54,978 nucleotides of DNA, from IMG/VR virus record IMGVR_UViG_3300027963_000094, positions 1 through 54,978 of that record; one strand, 5' to 3'. The position numbers and the translations under genes were made by a program. A model generated the notes under the pieces. That model made no database searches. It worked only from the letters and a program-made list of their open reading frames with translations, and had not been told where the DNA came from. This stretch comes from a virus (taxonomy: Duplodnaviria > Caudoviricetes). Below, piece by piece: positions 9,190-19,402 of this stretch; within the stretch, counting starts at the first letter, position 1, and each line of letters opens with the position of its first letter.

Positions 9190-11722
9190 TTTGAGCTCCT
9201 AGAGTTTGTTGAATTAGATTCTGCGCTTCTAAAGCAGTTTTAACCTGCTCATACTGTAAGTTAGCGGCATCGCGCGTAAGGTCCGCTGACTTAATTCTTT
9301 CTTGCGTAAGATTGTTCTCAGTATTCTTAGCCATATCGGCTTGGAGTTTCTGAGTTGCAAGTTGCATGTCCTGCTGAAGCTTAGCAGCTTCCAATTGCAT
9401 CTCGGCTTGATCTTTGGTAGCGCGGCGCTGTGTCTCGGCCATGCTGGTTTGGATGAAAGCTTGAGTTGCGGGATCGGTAGGCGGTTGGCCTGACAATTGC
9501 TTGATAGCAGCAATGGCGTTCTGAATGATAGGTGGCAATGCCTTAAACGTCTCACCAGTATCTTTATGCACGTGCTGCGCAACTGCGGCAAGCAACTGAT
9601 CCGCGCCTTGCGGCAGTGTCTGCTCTTTCAAAACATTGAATGGTCTGTTCAACGCAGCGCTGCTATAAGAATCAACTTGGTTAAGGTACCACAAAGTCAA
9701 GTGCTGCTTGACATGCTCTAAACATAGCGGTATGAAAGTTGGAGCCATGATTGGATTGGCACCATACATGGGGTCTTGCAAGTAATCCAAGTGAACCTGA
9801 ATGTGGGATAAATGATCTTGCCTTGGGAAAGCGCCGGCGTGCTTGCCAAAAGTCATGGCCACGTTCTCCAAGGCAGGATTCATTTCCTTCACGTCGTTAG
9901 GATCAGGCAGCACCTCGTTGACATCAGGCAGCCTGATCTGCTTAAGGATTCGCTTCTCAACAGCAAGGCGGTTGTACAAGTCAGGGTTGGCCTGAGCTCG
10001 TGCAGCCAAAGTCTGGATCTGCGCATACCGTTGCGTCTCAGCAAAGATGTGAGGGTCAGACACTGGAACAATGTCGGAGTTCCTAGCAAAGTCTTCCTTG
10101 GTGACATCCAAGTCCTCAACCATGTCGCCTTTAACCTGCTCATCCAAGTACCAGTTATTCAACCTTGCAATAACTTTCAACACTCGGCGTTGTGAGTCGT
10201 GGAGTCTTGCATGCACAGCGCTAAACACCGCGGCGCCTTGCTCAATCAAAGCTTGTGTTGTGCCAACTGGAGCGTTAGATGTAATGTCTGCAATCTTCTC
10301 TTCGCTTGTAGTAACCACGCCTTTTGCAGCGGTGGTTAACCAACCTAGCAACTCAAGCAGCACAGGAGAGGGCTGGTTAAATGGCAATGGCATGGCAATC
10401 TTGCGAATATCGTCAATGCCCGGTGCGCCCTCAATCTCACTGACCTGCGTAGGCTCAACGACTAGCGACTGCCCTGACATCTTGGCGCCTTTAAGCTTAA
10501 GCATTGTAGGCGCGTTGGTAATATGCGCTGAATCAAGCAGTGCACGCAACGAGCCAGTAAGTGCTGCAGATAGGCCACCAATAAGATGCGGTAAGCCGAT
10601 TGCGTAAGCCCCCCGCCATGGAATAAACTTAAACTCGATCAACCAGTCCAGCTTGGTCATGGTCTTATCACCATCCGACCAGTTGCGATACAAGCCAACA
10701 ACCTCGGTTGTTAGGTCATCAATCATCAAGATGTACGGCGCACGCTTTGAATCTGAGTAGTTGTCATCATCAAGGTTTAGCCAAGTGTAGATGTGGTATA
10801 CACGGCGCACGCCGTCTACGTTATCCGCTTGGCTCTTACGACCTTCAATCTTATTGTTTGCCTTCTCGGACTTGGACTCTTCAGGCTCCATGCTGGCGCG
10901 AACAATATCAATGTCAATATACAAACCGGTGTCAACGCGCTCTTCAAAAGTCTCTTGCGTAATGTCTTGGACTTCAGTGACGCGGCCTGCAGTGTAAAAG
11001 TTTACAGCTGCAAAAGGCAAGTACACGTTGTCAATAGGCACAAACTCAGCGCAAGGCCTGCGCTTTTGGTCATCGTACCAGATCTTCATGTATTGGCTAC
11101 CACCAAGCGGCAACTGAGTTAACAGCTGCTCTTCCTCGTCGCGGTATTCCTCGATCTGCTCAGTAAGCTGCCAGTTCATGTAGTCGCGTTTACGCTCGGC
11201 GCGTTCTACCTTTTCATCCGTAGTCTCGCCAATGATCTTGGTTTTGACCGGCCCATCAGCAGGGAATAGTTCCTTGATGGCTCGAGCGGAGAAGTCAACG
11301 CATGCCTCAGCCATGAGTGGGTGGACAACCTTGCTGGCTCCGGTAAACTGCGCTCCGCCCGGTGCATCGTGGCCTAAGCCCGTACGACGCAAGCCTTCTT
11401 CGTATTGCTTATCACGCTCCTCGCGAGCTTCCTTGTCTTTCTCAATCAGATCAACGTACTTGTGAGCTAATTTGCTGAGGTCGTAACTATCAAGCACGTC
11501 AGCTAAGTTCTCGTAGAAGTCCGGTTCGCCTTCAGGCCCCTTGGAATCATCTTCCATTCTTACGATGGCCGAGCCGTCGGGCAATTCTTCTACTTCCGGA
11601 GTCTCATCTTCCATCTCATCGAACATGGTGAGAGCAGAAGGCCCAGCGGCTTCGGCTTCATCGTCTGACATGGGCTCGATAAAGCGATCGAAGTCCGGTG
11701 GAATTGGCATCTGTGTGGCCAT
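9182..11722 (-). CDS. Portal protein (P22-like, with C-terminal coiled-coil barrel)
   Basis: 846 aa; GASKVVHPLMAEACVDF, LPLGGSQYMK, NAPVGTTQALIEQG and PVSDP motifs; Gln/Ala-rich helical tail. Confidence 0.85.
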   Translation of the reverse strand: MATQMPIPPDFDRFIEPMSDDEAEAAGPSALTMFDEMEDETPEVEELPDGSAIVRMEDDSKGPEGEPDFYENLADVLDSYDLSKLAHKYVDLIEKDKEAREERDKQYEEGLRRTGLGHDAPGGAQFTGASKVVHPLMAEACVDFSARAIKELFPADGPVKTKIIGETTDEKVERAERKRDYMNWQLTEQIEEYRDEEEQLLTQLPLGGSQYMKIWYDDQKRRPCAEFVPIDNVYLPFAAVNFYTAGRVTEVQDITQETFEERVDTGLYIDIDIVRASMEPEESKSEKANNKIEGRKSQADNVDGVRRVYHIYTWLNLDDDNYSDSKRAPYILMIDDLTTEVVGLYRNWSDGDKTMTKLDWLIEFKFIPWRGAYAIGLPHLIGGLSAALTGSLRALLDSAHITNAPTMLKLKGAKMSGQSLVVEPTQVSEIEGAPGIDDIRKIAMPLPFNQPSPVLLELLGWLTTAAKGVVTTSEEKIADITSNAPVGTTQALIEQGAAVFSAVHARLHDSQRRVLKVIARLNNWYLDEQVKGDMVEDLDVTKEDFARNSDIVPVSDPHIFAETQRYAQIQTLAARAQANPDLYNRLAVEKRILKQIRLPDVNEVLPDPNDVKEMNPALENVAMTFGKHAGAFPRQDHLSHIQVHLDYLQDPMYGANPIMAPTFIPLCLEHVKQHLTLWYLNQVDSYSSAALNRPFNVLKEQTLPQGADQLLAAVAQHVHKDTGETFKALPPIIQNAIAAIKQLSGQPPTDPATQAFIQTSMAETQRRATKDQAEMQLEAAKLQQDMQLATQKLQADMAKNTENNLTQERIKSADLTRDAANLQYEQVKTALEAQNLIQQTLGAQNG

Positions 11723-11725
11723 AAG

Positions 11726-14700
11726 TTATTTTCTCCGCATCGTGAGGGCGTATCGCATTTGATCGGTAGTCGGATTTTGTTGGACTATACCACCATTTGC
11801 CTTTTTAATGAAGGCTTGACCCTGAGTTTGTGTACGAGATGCACGTTCAGCTTCCGCCTGTACGAGATCTTCCAGCTCGGCCTGAGACTTGGCACGTTGC
11901 CCCAGCTCTGCTCCAAAGCGGTTATTGTGGGTATCCATACCATAGTCAGCTGGCATTTGCCCTCCAAACATGGATTTGACAGCCTGAAGCGGGGAAGTCG
12001 TGAACTCGTGTGCTTTGCCTAGGAATTCAGCTGTCTTAGGCCCATACTTACGTGAAAGGGTGCCTGCTGCCAACATATGCCTTGCTGCATCCCGCTGGTC
12101 ATCTTGCCCTTTTTGGCCGGGGTACATCTCATAAGCTACAGTCTCCGAGTAAGTCGGGACACTGAATAGCCAAGGCGTTGGCACGTCAGGCTTTTTGACA
12201 GACCCACCGGCTTGGTAGCCACGAACTGGACCGCCATTGGCGTAGTCGTCCATGCCTTGGTATCTTGCAACAAGCGCTTCAAGCTTAACTTCAAGAGCCT
12301 GCATAAGCTCAGGTGACCATTCATATCCTGTTGTGGCCATGCCTAAGATGTCTTCAAATGCCTGTTCGCCACTGCGATTCAACGCACGTAAATGCTGTCG
12401 AATTAAACGAACAGCAGCACGCGGATTAGGCGTGTCTGTATAGTAACCGTCCTCAAGCAAGTTTACAATCTCTTCAGCTGTTGCACTATACTCAGCGTTT
12501 CTAGCAAGAGCTTCAGGTAAGCCACGTGTCTCAACAAGTTGCGCTAACGCCTCGCGTTGTGCCTGTGTTGGATTATGCGTGCCAATCTCATCATCGCCTC
12601 GAATAAAGTCCGCTAACTCAGCAGGTTGCCATTGTTCAGTAATCTCGCCATTGTCAAGCAAGCGTTGATAATCTCTAACGTAGTTATTGTATAGAACATC
12701 TAATTGCTCAGGGCTTATCTGCGCAATGGCGCCTTGATCTGGTACAGGTCTATCAGGGCGTATTTGCGTAATAGGCGGCTCAATCAAATCAACCATGTTA
12801 GCCAAGTCTCTAAGCGCTTGCGCAGTTGTAGGATTAGTCTCTATCTCTGCGGCCTCGTTAAGTCGAGTTGCAAACGCCGCAGGCTGTTCTCTAAGAGCTT
12901 CATCTACGTCAGGAAAACCTATGCCATCAGCAATAGTTTCACTAATGTGGCCAACATCACGTGCAGTAGGCGCAGGCGCGTTTTCGCGTAGATAATTAAC
13001 AAAGAGGTTAAAGTCTCCAACTTCAAAGCGTCGCATTGCAGGGGCAGGCGGTACACCATTTGGATTCAGTGCTCTAAGTTGCGGCTCTTCTAATAACCGC
13101 TGCATTTCAAGAGCAGTTGCTTGAGCCGCTCTAGCACGCTCGATAGGTGCTAAACCTCGTAACACCTCATGATCGTAGTCATTATTCTCTAGCAATGTTA
13201 AGGCGTCTACGCGATGCCCAGGCGCTTCTTCACCAATAATACGTTGCGCGAGATCACGAGGGTTAAACTCAATGTAATTGGCGCGTTGGCGAAGTGCTTG
13301 CGCGTAATCGCGACGTTCAGTTTCCGCTAAAGAGATCCAGTGATTGTTTGCCGCTTGATTCAATGGGTTGCTTAACTCATTTGCCAAGAAGCGCAGATCA
13401 TTAGGGTTTAATTCCGGATCATTTATCGCGTTTTCAAGTTGAAATATACGATCATTACGTTGATTATCAAGATCTGCAGGGCGTGGTTGCGCAGTTGCCT
13501 CAACGTCATCAGCTAGTCTATTTAACTCACGCGTAATAGTAGCATGGGTAGCGTTCACACTTTCTGCGCGCAACGCATTAGCGTAGCCTACAGGGTCTAC
13601 CTGCGGGTTATATTGCGCAGCTACATTGCGCGCCATTTCAGCGTAGCGACGAGCAATGGTCTCACTTAAAATGCGTAGCTCATCAGCGGCTGTATCCACA
13701 GTATTTTCAAAGTCAAAAGCCTGAGGTCGACGCGCAGGTGGCTGCGCATCTGCTGGCTCCCAATCACGTATGTACGCACTTTCCATTTGATCAGCCAACT
13801 CATTCAATACTATCTCTGCACTACCGTTAACAGCAGCGTCTGCCTGTTGCCGTAGAGCGCGAATATACGCATCGGTGTCATTTGCGGGGTCAAGCGCCCT
13901 GTCAATCTCCCCACGACCTTCTGAAATAAAGCGCAAAGCGGCGCGTACTTCGTCAGCAGTTTGCACACCCCATTGTCTATCAGCTGCCAACGCTGCATCA
14001 TGCGTCATACGCAAGTAATCAGGTCTTACTTCTGGCAATAAGCGATTGTTTTCTCGCCAATTTGCGTACTCGTCAATCATATTGCCAGTAATTTCAGGTG
14101 TGGTTGCATCTTCCCAGCGAGCTGCAAAGTCCTGTAACCAATCTACTTGCGCAGGCGATAAGCGATCGCGGTACGCAGTAAGCAGTTCTGGCGTGTCTAA
14201 ATTAGGCATTGGGTCGCCACGTTGCTCAAAAGCAAAAGGTTGTGCCGCTTCCTCAGCGGCTATACGCGCGGCTACGTAATCTGCTTGCAACCCTAAAGTT
14301 TGCTGTAAGTCTCTAATGCCTTCAGCAATAATGTTGGCAACTATACGTGGGCTATTGGCGTATTCGTTCTCAAGATCATATAGTCGTTGATTAGTAAGCT
14401 CTAATGCACGAACTGGACCTTGCAAGTTTTGATACGAATCAAAGTAATCACGGATGCCACTAAAGAATGTTTCTGCTTGAACAAACTGATTGCTCTCCCC
14501 TGCCTCATCAAATGCGCGTCTTTGAGAATCAAGTGTATTGTCGATTGACGACGCCACAGCGCCTGAAGTAGACGCTGACAAGCTTTCACTAGGCCGTTGC
14601 GACAAGACTGCAGGTGCTGATTCTTGCGGCGCATTAGCTTTAAGCTCTTCAACATAATTGCGAATGTCGCTGCTTGTGACAAACCGCGGCAGTCCTGACA

Positions 14701-17296
14701 GGTCATACTTTTTAAACGTAGTCACAGGTGTATTAACAACAGCGGCCAGCGCACTGTTCGACATACGCTTGCTATCGTAGATACCTAAGTTCTCATTCAT
14801 CTTATCGCTAACACCACGAATTCTATCTTCACGGCTGTTCAGATAAGACTTAATGCCTTCAACATACTCAGTCTTAACAGCACCGTTTTTGCGACCTGAC
14901 GCAAAGTTAATGTCATACTTACCAGATGAGCTAGGGTTAAAGTCAAAAATGGCAACAGGCTCACCTGTAACTACATCTCTAAAGCTAACCATTTGCGAGC
15001 CATTTGCAACAGCGTTAATGTATGTCCCTCTTGGGCTGGTTGCATTCGGGTCACGCTGGCCTGTAACAATGTCATAAATTGGAATGTACTGGCGATCACC
15101 GGTGCCGGGATGCCAAGGGTTTGGCTTATTTTTAACATTACCGCCTTCGCCAATGCAAACGTCCAAAGCCAAAGTGTCTTCACTAACTAATTGCGCAACT
15201 TGCTCAGGCGTAAAGCGATTGGTGATCTCCAACGCGCCAACGTTGCCAAAGACCTTGTCATTAGGAATATACAACGCCGCGCTTCGTGCAAACTGGTTAT
15301 CAGCATCCGTCTTAAATTGCTTCTCTTTAGCTTGCGCAAGCTTTTCTTTAGCAATACGACCTTCAGCAGTATCGCGTATATATTTTTCAACAGTCATCTT
15401 TGGAACTTTGTCCAACTTTATTTTACGCGACATCACATCGCTGTAAAAGCTTTTTGCGAGGTCACCAAACCCAAGCTCACGCAATCGTTGTGGTGATGCC
15501 ATATACACACGCTCTTCATCAGGTGTTCGCATTAGTGCAGGGTAAAACTGCTGCTCACCGTATCCAAGGTCTTCTTTCAAGCTCTTGGCGGTGTCTGCGT
15601 TAATTGCAATGTCAGTTGCAGCTTCATACGCAGAGCCTAAACGCAAATTGTCAACCACCTTTTGTTGCTTTCTATACGCGGCGTTTGCTTTATCAGACTC
15701 ACGTGATGCCTGTGCAAAAGGCTCATACCTTCCAAGATTCATACCTTCAGGCACAACACCTGTATTAGGGTCAACTGCGCCGTAACCTAGCTGCTGGGCA
15801 ATTGCCTCCTGCTCACGTTTACGAGTTGCAGCGTCAGCAGATTGTTGTACCAAGTCAGACAACTGCTGATTTGCTGCAACCAATGCCTCATCAGTTGGTG
15901 TTTTGACTGGCATGCCTGCTGCAGCGCGCTTATTGCTAACTATGGAACCTGTCATGTTTGCGCTATCAAATATTTCTGATGGCGGGTAAAACGTTAAGCC
16001 TTGGCTTGCCAGCTTGGCTGCAGGCTCATTAGGCGTGCCAACCTTCTCAATGATGTAATTGGTAAACTGGGAATTAAGCCAATTGGCTGCAGCTTCATGC
16101 ATTGCAGGCAACTCTTCTGCAGACGGTAAGTCAAGCTCCGCTCTGTATTGCATGCCTTTAGGCGTATTTAAGAACTCGTCGTACATCTCTAATGAGTGCG
16201 CAGCAGATGCTTCCCTATCGCCGAATCTGGCTTTATACGCCGCCAATGCCGCGCCTTCTGATGGGGCGTCAGGAAACATCTCATTGGCCTTTGTTTTAAG
16301 GAAAGACTCGAACGCTCTGCGTGCAGACGCTGATTCAGGTTTACCTAAAATGTTGTGCTGTATCTCGTCCAATGCCTGTACAGGCGTCATATTTGTATCA
16401 CTAATGACACTACGAACAAGATCACGTGCAGGTGTGTAAGTCGCAGCATCTTGCTTTGCAGTTGCAGGCAGTGTGGCAGATGTAATCCTTGACCCTTCAG
16501 GTCGCATGGCATATAGCTTAGGGTTTGTTGGCTGCATGGAAGCTGGGAGCCCAGGGATAGGTGGCAACCCTTGCATTTCCCTTTGCGCCATAATGTCGCC
16601 AATGCTATCAGCAACGCCTTGGAGCTTAGCGCCGTATGTAGGCTGACCTGTGATTGGGTCTAACCTTTGCATGCCAGATTGCGCGTTCACAAAGTCTGTA
16701 GGTATATCCTTGACTTGCCTGCCTACACGCGTGGCCTCAGCGCCCATAACCCGCAGATCATTAGGGGTAAATGCTGGGCGGCCAGTTGACATCTGCCCAA
16801 GGTACGCAGGCAGATCAGCCATGTACGGCGCAATCGCGCTTGTGAATTCCTGCGCCATTGGCGTTTGCGGCGCGTTCTGTTGCATGAACTGCGTGGCAAC
16901 TTTCTCGGCGTATGCAGGCGCTTTGCCTGATGTAAATGTGCCAGCAGGTGATGTGGTTAAGCTTTCACCAACGCCTTTGACCGCAGCCACAGCAGGCACG
17001 GTGATGATACCTGCAGCTTCACGCATGGACTTGGCCATCATTAGCGGATTGAACTTGGTGGCCAACTCAGTAAAGTTACCAGCAGCTGAGCCCAACGGGT
17101 CAGGCGGCGTTTGTGATGGCGGGACTGGGCGGCCGTAGCCGGGGATCTGTGATGCCAAGGACTGTGGAGCTACGAACTTCTCCATCTGCTGCGGCGTAAG
17201 TCTGTTCTGCTTTGACAGCTCTAGATTCATTTGATCTAGTGTAGGACCACCGTCATCGCCTATGATGTTACCTTGCGGATCGTAGATTGCTGCCAT
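11726..17296 (-). CDS. Giant multidomain putative internal virion / polyvalent protein (PcfJ-like domain; C-terminal DUF6973-like domain)
   Basis: Uninterrupted 1856-aa ORF between terL and portal; EDTLALDVCIG...YINAVANG...VSFRD segment; C-terminal DAARH...AHE...MDTHNNRFG. Confidence 0.75.
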   Translation of the reverse strand: MAAIYDPQGNIIGDDGGPTLDQMNLELSKQNRLTPQQMEKFVAPQSLASQIPGYGRPVPPSQTPPDPLGSAAGNFTELATKFNPLMMAKSMREAAGIITVPAVAAVKGVGESLTTSPAGTFTSGKAPAYAEKVATQFMQQNAPQTPMAQEFTSAIAPYMADLPAYLGQMSTGRPAFTPNDLRVMGAEATRVGRQVKDIPTDFVNAQSGMQRLDPITGQPTYGAKLQGVADSIGDIMAQREMQGLPPIPGLPASMQPTNPKLYAMRPEGSRITSATLPATAKQDAATYTPARDLVRSVISDTNMTPVQALDEIQHNILGKPESASARRAFESFLKTKANEMFPDAPSEGAALAAYKARFGDREASAAHSLEMYDEFLNTPKGMQYRAELDLPSAEELPAMHEAAANWLNSQFTNYIIEKVGTPNEPAAKLASQGLTFYPPSEIFDSANMTGSIVSNKRAAAGMPVKTPTDEALVAANQQLSDLVQQSADAATRKREQEAIAQQLGYGAVDPNTGVVPEGMNLGRYEPFAQASRESDKANAAYRKQQKVVDNLRLGSAYEAATDIAINADTAKSLKEDLGYGEQQFYPALMRTPDEERVYMASPQRLRELGFGDLAKSFYSDVMSRKIKLDKVPKMTVEKYIRDTAEGRIAKEKLAQAKEKQFKTDADNQFARSAALYIPNDKVFGNVGALEITNRFTPEQVAQLVSEDTLALDVCIGEGGNVKNKPNPWHPGTGDRQYIPIYDIVTGQRDPNATSPRGTYINAVANGSQMVSFRDVVTGEPVAIFDFNPSSSGKYDINFASGRKNGAVKTEYVEGIKSYLNSREDRIRGVSDKMNENLGIYDSKRMSNSALAAVVNTPVTTFKKYDLSGLPRFVTSSDIRNYVEELKANAPQESAPAVLSQRPSESLSASTSGAVASSIDNTLDSQRRAFDEAGESNQFVQAETFFSGIRDYFDSYQNLQGPVRALELTNQRLYDLENEYANSPRIVANIIAEGIRDLQQTLGLQADYVAARIAAEEAAQPFAFEQRGDPMPNLDTPELLTAYRDRLSPAQVDWLQDFAARWEDATTPEITGNMIDEYANWRENNRLLPEVRPDYLRMTHDAALAADRQWGVQTADEVRAALRFISEGRGEIDRALDPANDTDAYIRALRQQADAAVNGSAEIVLNELADQMESAYIRDWEPADAQPPARRPQAFDFENTVDTAADELRILSETIARRYAEMARNVAAQYNPQVDPVGYANALRAESVNATHATITRELNRLADDVEATAQPRPADLDNQRNDRIFQLENAINDPELNPNDLRFLANELSNPLNQAANNHWISLAETERRDYAQALRQRANYIEFNPRDLAQRIIGEEAPGHRVDALTLLENNDYDHEVLRGLAPIERARAAQATALEMQRLLEEPQLRALNPNGVPPAPAMRRFEVGDFNLFVNYLRENAPAPTARDVGHISETIADGIGFPDVDEALREQPAAFATRLNEAAEIETNPTTAQALRDLANMVDLIEPPITQIRPDRPVPDQGAIAQISPEQLDVLYNNYVRDYQRLLDNGEITEQWQPAELADFIRGDDEIGTHNPTQAQREALAQLVETRGLPEALARNAEYSATAEEIVNLLEDGYYTDTPNPRAAVRLIRQHLRALNRSGEQAFEDILGMATTGYEWSPELMQALEVKLEALVARYQGMDDYANGGPVRGYQAGGSVKKPDVPTPWLFSVPTYSETVAYEMYPGQKGQDDQRDAARHMLAAGTLSRKYGPKTAEFLGKAHEFTTSPLQAVKSMFGGQMPADYGMDTHNNRFGAELGQRAKSQAELEDLVQAEAERASRTQTQGQAFIKKANGGIVQQNPTTDQMRYALTMRRK

Positions 17297-17310
17297 GTGC
17301 GCACCTTAAG

Positions 17311-18738
17311 TTAGACGGCGTAGGGGTTTACCCGCTTAGGACGATCTTCTTCGTAGTCGTCATCCGGATTGTATACCGGGTCGATGGAAATTAACCCTAA
17401 GTCTCGCAAAAGCCTTAACGCCTGAGATGTGGAGTCCACCAAGTCATCGTGCCGGACTTCGGGGAAGGCGCATAGCTGGCTGATCAAAGGCTCGGCCCAA
17501 TCACGAGCCATGCCTGCGTTGACCGAGGACTCGGGAATGTAGACACGGCCTTTGGCTATGATGGGAGCCACGATGTTGAGGCGTGTAGTCTTGTCCGCGT
17601 TCCCGGGATTGTAGCTTCTCACAGGCAGACCGGCGCGTTGCAGATCTTGGATAAGCTGCGTGCCGGCGGACTTGTCCTCGATGAGGATCATGTCTACTTT
17701 TTTCCCGTGACCAAACTCATTCTCATCACCGTAAATGGCGGTGGACTCCTCGATCACCTTAGGTCGCAGTTCAGGATACTGCATGTACTCCTCCCAGCAG
17801 TCGATGAGCATAACACTCATAGCCTTGTCGGGACTTGGCCTAAAGATACCCCACACCGTGCAGGCCGTCGGGTCATTCTTGGTCTTGTCACTGGTCGCGC
17901 AGTCATAAGACTGAAGCACGTACTCAAATCTAGGCAGCGGCTTCTCGTTGTCCCATAGCTTGAACCAGTCACGCTTGATGATGCCAGCCTCTTCAGGATC
18001 TAGAATCTCGGCGTAGATCTCTTGGCGTCCGAGCTTCGTACCCTCGTACTGCAGGATCTGCGCTTTGAACGATGGGGCGAGGTTGTGGATGTTGTCGTAC
18101 GTGCTGGCCTTGGTACATATCACATCCTCCCCATCTCTGTTCACCAGATCCACGATCAATGGCTTAGGCTTAGGCGTTGTGGTGCATAGCATCTTAGGCT
18201 TCTGACCTAAGCGCATACCAAACTGAATCATGTCCCAGGATTCGTCAAGGTAGTCCCATGCAGCAAGCTCGTCGAACCAGCCTCCATGGAATTGCGGACC
18301 GCGGAATCGTGAGGGCTCAGACGCCGGAATCCCCTTGATCAGCGACCCGTTAATGAGGACTATCTCATGCAAGGATCGCGTGTAGTGGTGAATCAGCTGC
18401 TCTGGGATCACCGTTGTCAAACCTGAGTCGCCTTCGAAGCAAACGTCGCGGACATCGGATGATGTAGGCGCGGAGACTAACCATCGAGTCTTAGGATGCG
18501 TCCAAGCTTCGTACCATAGCCACTCTGCAGCTGCGCGAGTCTTGCCTGCGCCTCGGCCTGCGAGTAAAAGCCATACAGTCCACCAATCTCCGGGTGGAGG
18601 AATTTGATGGTCATTGGCAATTCTGAGCCAATCTTGTCGAGCCTTGTGCACAGCTTTGCGCTCATCCGCCATGAGGTTAAGATCAGGACCCTTGCGGATC
18701 CGATCGGCGAACTCACTTGCTCTTGCTTGACTTAGCAT
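17311..18738 (-). CDS. terL: Terminase large subunit
   Basis: Walker A LAGRGAGKT, Walker B WFDELAAW, TTTP coupling motif, RNase H-like SYDCA...IEDKSAG...HDDLVDS. Confidence 0.95.
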   Translation of the reverse strand: MLSQARASEFADRIRKGPDLNLMADERKAVHKARQDWLRIANDHQIPPPGDWWTVWLLLAGRGAGKTRAAAEWLWYEAWTHPKTRWLVSAPTSSDVRDVCFEGDSGLTTVIPEQLIHHYTRSLHEIVLINGSLIKGIPASEPSRFRGPQFHGGWFDELAAWDYLDESWDMIQFGMRLGQKPKMLCTTTPKPKPLIVDLVNRDGEDVICTKASTYDNIHNLAPSFKAQILQYEGTKLGRQEIYAEILDPEEAGIIKRDWFKLWDNEKPLPRFEYVLQSYDCATSDKTKNDPTACTVWGIFRPSPDKAMSVMLIDCWEEYMQYPELRPKVIEESTAIYGDENEFGHGKKVDMILIEDKSAGTQLIQDLQRAGLPVRSYNPGNADKTTRLNIVAPIIAKGRVYIPESSVNAGMARDWAEPLISQLCAFPEVRHDDLVDSTSQALRLLRDLGLISIDPVYNPDDDYEEDRPKRVNPYAV

Positions 18739-19183
18739 CAGCTTGGCGCGTAGCTAGGAGATCATCCAACAAGGCTTGTGAGAAGTCATGCACCATGTCG
18801 ACTTGAACTGGCCCGTCATTCTTGCCTGTGACCTCGAGCTTAGAGTTCTCACGGTACTGATCAGGGAAACGCGCCGACATACTACGACTCCACAACCCAG
18901 TGTTAAGTCTCGGCCCGCCAGGGTTCTCAACCATGTGATTCTGTGCGAGTTCTTCCCAGTAACACAGCGCATCAAGTCGTGCTTCTTCCAATGCAGCCCG
19001 AAAATCGTCGTGTGCGCCTTCCCAGTTTTGGAGATTGCGCCATCCGATGTTAAGCTTCGATGCGATTTGCCAACGCGATAAGCCCTCTTTGCCAAGAGCT
19101 GCGATTTGCTCGCAGTATGCAGGGTCGTACTTTGAAGGACGGCCCAAGAACTTACCGTTCTCAGATTGTGTCTTTGTAGTCAT
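18713..19183 (-). CDS. terS: Terminase small subunit
   Basis: GRPSKYDPAY N-terminus followed by an HTH (P22 gp3-like); overlaps the terL start. Confidence 0.85.
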   Translation of the reverse strand: MTTKTQSENGKFLGRPSKYDPAYCEQIAALGKEGLSRWQIASKLNIGWRNLQNWEGAHDDFRAALEEARLDALCYWEELAQNHMVENPGGPRLNTGLWSRSMSARFPDQYRENSKLEVTGKNDGPVQVDMVHDFSQALLDDLLATRQADAKSSKSK

Positions 19184-19219
19184 GTGCGGATTGTAATCCT
19201 AGAGTTGGAAGTGTGTACA
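19184..19219 (-). promoter_or_regulatory. Candidate sigma70-like promoter for the terS operon (possibly leaderless)
   Basis: Minus strand TGTACA-18 nt-TACAAT-6 nt-ATG; no Shine-Dalgarno before terS. Confidence 0.4.
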
Positions 19220-19232
19220 TTTTATTGCTGCA

Positions 19233-19390
19233 GGTAACGGTAACAAGGTAACATATGGTCCAGAAAACTATATAGCTATACACTATTACTATATATACTA
19301 TACTTTATAAAATAATAGTTACCTACTGTTACCTTGTTACTATTCAATCCAGATAAGGCTTTCAGAAGTAACAGTTTGGTAACAGGTAAC
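19233..19390. repeat. Iteron array / putative replication origin
   Basis: Nine (G)GTAAC/GTTAC(C) repeats in three clusters; 14-bp perfect inverted repeat (19240-19253 / 19327-19340) around a very AT-rich core; immediately 3' of the primase-helicase. Confidence 0.7.
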
Positions 19391-19402
19391 AAGTGCTTGA
19401 CA

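Noticed and set aside
19233-19390. Mini CRISPR array
   Set aside because: Repeats are only 5-7 bp, in both orientations, without regular unique spacers.
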